The notes under the pieces were generated by a model. That model made no database searches. It was not told the origin of the DNA and worked only from the letters and a program-made list of their open reading frames with translations. Source: an uncultured Bacilli bacterium (GTDB lineage Bacteria; Bacillota_I; Bacilli_A; RF39; UBA660). From it: a stretch of 39,056 nucleotides of DNA. The translations under genes were made by a program, and so were the position numbers. Positions within the stretch are counted from its first letter, which is position 1; each line of letters begins with the position of its first letter. Location of the stretch: NCBI GenBank assembly GCA_947598345.1, contig CANQFF010000002.1, forward strand, positions 1-39,056. The letters are read 5' to 3'. Below, piece by piece: positions 34,970 through 39,056 of the stretch.

Positions 34970-35003
34970 TTTTTATAAATATTGGAAAATATATTTATAA
35001 AAA
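34970..35003. repeat. 13-bp perfect A/T-only inverted repeat with an 8-nt loop
   Basis: TTTTTATAAATAT (34970-34982) / ATATTTATAAAAA (34991-35003). There is no T-run afterwards, so it is a weak terminator or a protein-binding palindrome. Confidence 0.5.
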
Positions 35004-35040
35004 TCGTCTTATCTGTTATACTTAATACAAGGTGGTGTGT

Positions 35041-36120
35041 ATGAAAAAGAAAAGAAAATTAAATAAAAAAGGTAAAAGACTATTGTTTTTTTTAATATTT
35101 TTATTAGTAATTGGTGTAGTGATATTTGTATATATCAATATAAAACCTGATACCGGAAAAGGATCAAATAAGGATGCTATTAAGAAAGAAGAAAAAAAAG
35201 AAGAGAAAAAAGAGGTAACATTAGAAAAACCAAAAATAATAGATATAGATTCTAATAGTAGACCATATGCAGTTATGATTAATAATATTTCAACTGTGTG
35301 GGGATATCAAAGCGGTTTGCAAGACGCATATTTAGTATATGAAATGATAGTAGAAGGCGGTTATACTAGATTAATGGCTTTATATAAAGATAAAAATTTA
35401 GATAGAATTGGATCTGTTAGATCATCTAGGCATTATTTTTTAGATTATGCACTTGAAAATGATGCAATTTATGTTCATTTTGGATGGAGTCCACAAGCTC
35501 AAAGTGATATTCAAACTTTAGGTGTCGATAATATTAATTTTATGAGTTATACTGGATATACACGAGATAGAACATTAGGTCTTGCTTTAGAACATACGGC
35601 ATTTACAACAACTGATGATATAATGAAAGGTGCGGATTATTATGGCTATAGAAAAACTACAGATGAAAAATCTTTGTTAGACTATAGTGTAAAATCTTTA
35701 GCGTTATCTAATTTAGATGGTGCTAAACCTGCAAATAAAATAAATATTGTATTCTCATCAAGTAGATCTACATCTTTTGAATATGATAGTGTTAATAAAG
35801 TATATAAAAGATTTCAAAACACTTATATACATAAAGACTATGTTACTGGTAGCCAGTACACTGCTAAAAATATAATAACATATCAAATATCAAATAGTAC
35901 AATTAGTGGTGATGATAAAGGTAGGCAAACTCTCGAAAACATAGGAAAGGGTACTGGTTTTTATATATCTGAAGGATATGCAGTTCCTATAACTTGGGAA
36001 AAATCATCTAGATCAAGTAAAACAATATATAAATATAATGATGGAACTATTATAAAGGTAAATGATGGAAATACCTATATCGAAATTCAACCTAGTGGAC
36101 AACTTTTAACTATTGAATAA
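35041..36120 (+). CDS. DUF3048 (YerB-like) membrane-anchored/secreted protein
   Basis: N-terminal basic region plus a TM helix and a Lys/Glu linker, then RPYAVMINN, GLQDAYLVYEMIVEGGYTRLMALY and GSVRSSRHYF, as in YerB-family proteins. The ATG at 35041 after AAGGTGGTG is preferred over the GTG at 35032. Confidence 0.7.
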   Translation: MKKKRKLNKKGKRLLFFLIFLLVIGVVIFVYINIKPDTGKGSNKDAIKKEEKKEEKKEVTLEKPKIIDIDSNSRPYAVMINNISTVWGYQSGLQDAYLVYEMIVEGGYTRLMALYKDKNLDRIGSVRSSRHYFLDYALENDAIYVHFGWSPQAQSDIQTLGVDNINFMSYTGYTRDRTLGLALEHTAFTTTDDIMKGADYYGYRKTTDEKSLLDYSVKSLALSNLDGAKPANKINIVFSSSRSTSFEYDSVNKVYKRFQNTYIHKDYVTGSQYTAKNIITYQISNSTISGDDKGRQTLENIGKGTGFYISEGYAVPITWEKSSRSSKTIYKYNDGTIIKVNDGNTYIEIQPSGQLLTIE

Positions 36121-36232
36121 GCCTTTATTTTAAAGGATTATTCAATTTTATCGAAAAAATAGTTATAAAAGACATTATAATTTTTTAAAAAGTATGATAT
36201 AATGTAGTAGTACTTGAGGTGAATATTAAGGT

Positions 36233-36745
36233 ATGACGAAATACACAAAAGATGAAGAATACCTGTTAATTATAAATAATATATTAAAAAACGAAGAATT
36301 TAAGAAAATGGCAAATATTAAGCATCATAATACAACTAGATTAGATCATTCTCTTAAAGTTTCATATTATTCATATATAATAGCAAAATCTTTAAAATTA
36401 GATTATAAGGATGTTGCTAGGGGTGGTCTTCTACATGATTTCTATATTGAGGAAATAAGTGATTGTGATAAGATAAAGGATAAAATAGCATTATTTACGA
36501 TAAAACATCCTAATAATGCATTACAGAATGCTTCAAATTATTTTGAATTATCAGAAAAAGAAGAGAATATTATCAAATCACATATGTTCCCTGTAGATTA
36601 TAAAATTCCAAAATATGCGGAAAGCTGGATTGTTAGTTTAGTTGATAAAGTATTAAGTGTAGGTGAAGTGTCAAAAAAATTCGGCTATAAATTAACTTAT
36701 ATTTTAAATCTTTATTTACTTTTTATACTAAATATAATAAAATAG
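36233..36745 (+). CDS. HD-domain metal-dependent phosphohydrolase
   Basis: His at TRLDHSLKVS and the HD pair at GGLLHDF. KSHMFP is also present. The C-terminal tail is hydrophobic. Confidence 0.75.
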   Translation: MTKYTKDEEYLLIINNILKNEEFKKMANIKHHNTTRLDHSLKVSYYSYIIAKSLKLDYKDVARGGLLHDFYIEEISDCDKIKDKIALFTIKHPNNALQNASNYFELSEKEENIIKSHMFPVDYKIPKYAESWIVSLVDKVLSVGEVSKKFGYKLTYILNLYLLFILNIIK

Positions 36746-36769
36746 ACTTACATATGTAGGTCTTTACTT

Positions 36770-36846
36770 GTATCCGTAGCTCAGTAGGATAGAGCGATTG
36801 CCTCCTAAGCAATAGGTCGTTGGTTCGATTCCAATCGGGTACACCA
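36770..36846 (+). tRNA. tRNA-Arg (anticodon CCU), CCA encoded
   Basis: Acceptor stem GTATCCG/CGGGTAC, D-loop AGCTCAGTAGGATAGAGC, and anticodon stem ATTGC/GCAAT with loop CT-CCT-AA. The T-arm is GGTTCGATTCC and the 3' end is ACCA. 77 nt. Confidence 0.9.
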
Positions 36847-36856
36847 GATAAATACT

Positions 36857-36890
36857 AAACTCGGACTTTTTAGTTCGAGTTTTAAAATGT
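36857..36890 (+). terminator. Rho-independent terminator after the tRNA
   Basis: AAACTCGGACT (36857-36867) / AGTTCGAGTTT (36872-36882, one G-U pair) followed by T-rich sequence. Confidence 0.65.
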
Positions 36891-37053
36891 TTTAAGCAAG
36901 TTATGAAAAATACTTTCAAAATTAAAAAGAAATATTTTATGTGTAAAATATGGTGAGTACAGGTAGCTGATGATGTTTAAATATTTAAAATTTTATGGTA
37001 CAATATTTTTAGAGAAATAATATATTATTAGATATTATATAGGAGGAGTTAAT

Positions 37054-37572
37054 ATGGTTGATAAAATAGTAAAAAGTTTGATAGGTATCACGGGTTCATT
37101 TATATCAATACCATTTATGAAAGAATTAGTAGTTTTTTTTATATCGTTATGTCCTATACTTGAATTAAGAGGTGGTTTAATAGCTGCAGCATTATTTGAT
37201 ATGGATCCAGTTATAAGTTATATTATTTGTATTATTGGAAATATTATACCAATACCTTTTATATTATGGCTTATAAATAAGATTTTGAATAGAATGAGAA
37301 CTAGTGAAATTAAAAAAATAAAATCAGTGGCTTTATGGTTGGATAAAAAAGTTGATAAACATAAAAGCCAAATAGAAAAATTAGGATATTGGGGACTAGT
37401 ATTATTTGTTGGAATACCACTTCCTGGAACTGGGGCATGGACTGGTTGCTTAATAGCAAGTGTATTAGAAATGGATAAGAAAAAATCATTTTTTGCAGCA
37501 TTAGCGGGTGTAATTATGGCATCTATAATAATGATGATTATATCATTTGGTCTTTTATCTAAAATAATATAG
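37054..37572 (+). CDS. Small integral membrane protein, 'putative small multidrug export' (PF06695/COG2426-like) family
   Basis: PILELRGGLIAAAL motif and 4-5 TM helices. AGGAGG SD. Confidence 0.6.
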   Translation: MVDKIVKSLIGITGSFISIPFMKELVVFFISLCPILELRGGLIAAALFDMDPVISYIICIIGNIIPIPFILWLINKILNRMRTSEIKKIKSVALWLDKKVDKHKSQIEKLGYWGLVLFVGIPLPGTGAWTGCLIASVLEMDKKKSFFAALAGVIMASIIMMIISFGLLSKII

Positions 37573-37581
37573 GTGATCAAG

Positions 37582-39056
37582 ATGAATATTGGTAGTTTGA
37601 AGGGGGTAGGCCCTAAGACAGAAAAAATATTTAATAATTATGGCATAAAAACTACAGATGATTTGATGTGCTATTACCCTTTTAGGTATGATGTAATTGC
37701 AAGAAGTAACATTAGTAATCTTATTCAAGATGATAAAATAATAATAGATGGATTAGTAGAAAGTAAGCCAAATGTATTCTTTTTTAACAAAAAGATGAAT
37801 AAAATGTCTTTTAAAATAAATATAGGAACTCATTTATTAAATGTAATTATTTTTAATAGAGCTTTTTTAAAAAGTAAATTAGATATCAACACTAAAATAA
37901 TTGTGATTGGTAAATATGATAAAATGAAAAATACTATAGTTGCTAGTGATATTAGATTTGGAATTTTACCAGAAATACCAATAATAGAGCCTATTTATCA
38001 TCAAATTGGTGGTATAACTAGTAATCAAATTAGAAATTATATAAATAATATTGATGATTTTGATGTAGTGGAATATGTTCCAGATTATTTAAAAAATAAG
38101 TATAAACTTATAGACAAAAAAAGTGCAATGACTATAATTCATAATCCTAGAAAAGAATTAGATTTAAAAAGAAGTATGGCGTATTTAAAATATGAGGAAT
38201 TATTTTTATTTATGTTAAGAATGAATAGTTTAAGATTGAATAAAAAAAATAAAATAGGATTAAAAAGAGATGTAGATAAAAATTTAGTAAATGATTTTAT
38301 AAGCAAATTACCGTTTCAACTTACAAATGATCAAAAAATAAGCATAGATGAAATATTCAATGATCTAAATAGTGATAAAAGAATGAATAGACTTATTCAA
38401 GGCGATGTTGGAAGTGGTAAAACTATTGTTGCAATAATAGCTTTATACATAAATTATTTAAGTGGATATCAAGGAGCTTTGATGGCACCTACAGAAGTTT
38501 TAGCTTACCAGCATTTATCCAATTTAAAGAAATTATTTAATGGTTTTAATATTAATATAGAAATACTATCAGGTAGTTTAAAACAAAAAGATAAAAAAGA
38601 TATATATAAAAGATTACAAAATAAAGAAATAGATATAATAATAGGTACTCATGCATTATTTAGTGAAGATGTAGTTTATAATAATTTAGGATTAGTTATA
38701 ACAGATGAGCAACATCGTTTTGGTGTTAATCAAAGAAGTAATTTAAAAAATAAGGGAATAACTCCTGATATACTTTATTTAAGTGCAACACCAATACCAA
38801 GAACTTATGCTCTTACTATTTATGGAGATATGGATGTATCTAGTATTAAGACTATGCCTAGTGGAAGAAAAGATGTTATTACTTATTTAAAGAAAAATAA
38901 AGATATCAAAGATGTATTAGAGTTAATGTATCAAGAGATTAGGTGCAAACATCAGATATATGTAATCGCGCCACTTATCGAAGAATCTGATAAGATAGAT
39001 TTAGAAAATGTAAATAAACTTGAAGAGAAAATGACAAGTGCATTTGGTAAAGTGTG
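37582..39056 (+). CDS. recG: ATP-dependent DNA helicase RecG (N-terminal ~491 codons; continues beyond the window end)
   Basis: This CDS is not in the ORF track because it is open-ended. From the ATG at 37582 it reads MNIGSLKGVGPKTEKIFNNYGI. It has the wedge domain, FQLTNDQ, Walker A GDVGSGKT, DEQHRFGV and LSATPIPRT. Confidence 0.92.
   Translation, partial: MNIGSLKGVGPKTEKIFNNYGIKTTDDLMCYYPFRYDVIARSNISNLIQDDKIIIDGLVESKPNVFFFNKKMNKMSFKINIGTHLLNVIIFNRAFLKSKLDINTKIIVIGKYDKMKNTIVASDIRFGILPEIPIIEPIYHQIGGITSNQIRNYINNIDDFDVVEYVPDYLKNKYKLIDKKSAMTIIHNPRKELDLKRSMAYLKYEELFLFMLRMNSLRLNKKNKIGLKRDVDKNLVNDFISKLPFQLTNDQKISIDEIFNDLNSDKRMNRLIQGDVGSGKTIVAIIALYINYLSGYQGALMAPTEVLAYQHLSNLKKLFNGFNINIEILSGSLKQKDKKDIYKRLQNKEIDIIIGTHALFSEDVVYNNLGLVITDEQHRFGVNQRSNLKNKGITPDILYLSATPIPRTYALTIYGDMDVSSIKTMPSGRKDVITYLKKNKDIKDVLELMYQEIRCKHQIYVIAPLIEESDKIDLENVNKLEEKMTSAFGKV

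Noticed and set aside
183-35040. 5' extensions of ORF-track entries (183-230, 808-816, 4188-4193, 10245-10280, 13673-13738, 25853-25876, 33307-33312, 35032-35040)
   Set aside because: Internal starts have properly spaced SD sequences and give N-termini matching the family (for example MKKIRTMDGNEA for PFOR and MYNFEKIEKKWQ for LeuS). The extension at 13673-13738 also runs through a terminator hairpin.
36904-36957. 17-codon mini-ORF (MKNTFKIKKKYFMCKIW) in the spacer after the tRNA terminator
   Set aside because: It has no SD and no conservation evidence is available. ORFs of this size arise easily by chance in AT-rich spacers.
36770-37054. tRNA-Arg(CCU) as an integration hotspot marking an island boundary
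   Set aside because: No integrase or recombinase lies nearby, and I could see no downstream direct repeat of the tRNA 3' end. The flanking genes (HD hydrolase, small membrane protein, recG) look like ordinary chromosomal genes.
152-37580. All 16 minus-strand ORFs in the six-frame track (for example 19325-19759 at 144 aa, 37218-37580 at 120 aa and 33567-33881 at 104 aa)
   Set aside because: Each lies entirely antisense within a well-supported + strand CDS. None has a convincing SD or recognisable motifs, and their peptides are low-complexity Ile/Phe/Ser/Leu-rich, as expected from the reverse complement of AT-rich coding DNA.
1-39056. Possibility of Mollicutes-type genetic code (TGA = Trp), given the extreme AT richness and the alMGS-like glycolipid synthase
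   Set aside because: Several well-defined genes terminate at TGA (for example 828-830, 17962-17964 and 33218-33220). Conserved Trp positions are encoded by TGG, and no conserved CDS is interrupted by an in-frame TGA.

Overview
This is a very AT-rich 39-kb chromosomal segment, roughly one quarter G+C by eye. Every credible gene (about 31 CDS plus one tRNA) lies on the + strand. It uses the standard bacterial code: TGA is a stop and Trp is TGG. The gene content points to an endospore-forming low-GC Firmicute. Sporulation genes present are spo0A, spoIIGA-sigE and a SpoVID/SipL-like LysM protein with a CotS/YsxE-like partner. They sit among housekeeping genes: nrnA, pgk, pyruvate:ferredoxin oxidoreductase, DnaB/DnaD-type and DnaI helicase loaders, leuS behind a Leu T-box, lon, and recG (truncated by the window end). 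Envelope and lipid genes are also present: two PlsC-type acyltransferases flanking an acyl-adenylate ligase, a UPF0104 flippase-like protein plus a GT4 glycolipid synthase, a MurD-type ligase and a sortase-type surface protein. I found no transposase, integrase, CRISPR array or rRNA, so this looks like core chromosome rather than a mobile island. The items most worth follow-up are listed here. (1) A PP-loop protein overlaps a MurD-type ligase just after sigE and may be a MurL/MurD2-like route. (2) An orphan ORF overlapping lon is followed by a HerA/FtsK-type ATPase with no recognisable partner nuclease. (3) An orphan prepilin-signal protein carries a large FGE-sulfatase-like head, and its 3' end is a sharp GC-rich patch. 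(4) A GH31 homologue appears to have lost both catalytic Asp residues. (5) A Leu T-box drives a small membrane ORF ahead of leuS. (6) A surface protein has thioester-domain motifs and a VPDTG sorting signal. All functional calls come from motif recognition by eye; no searches were run.
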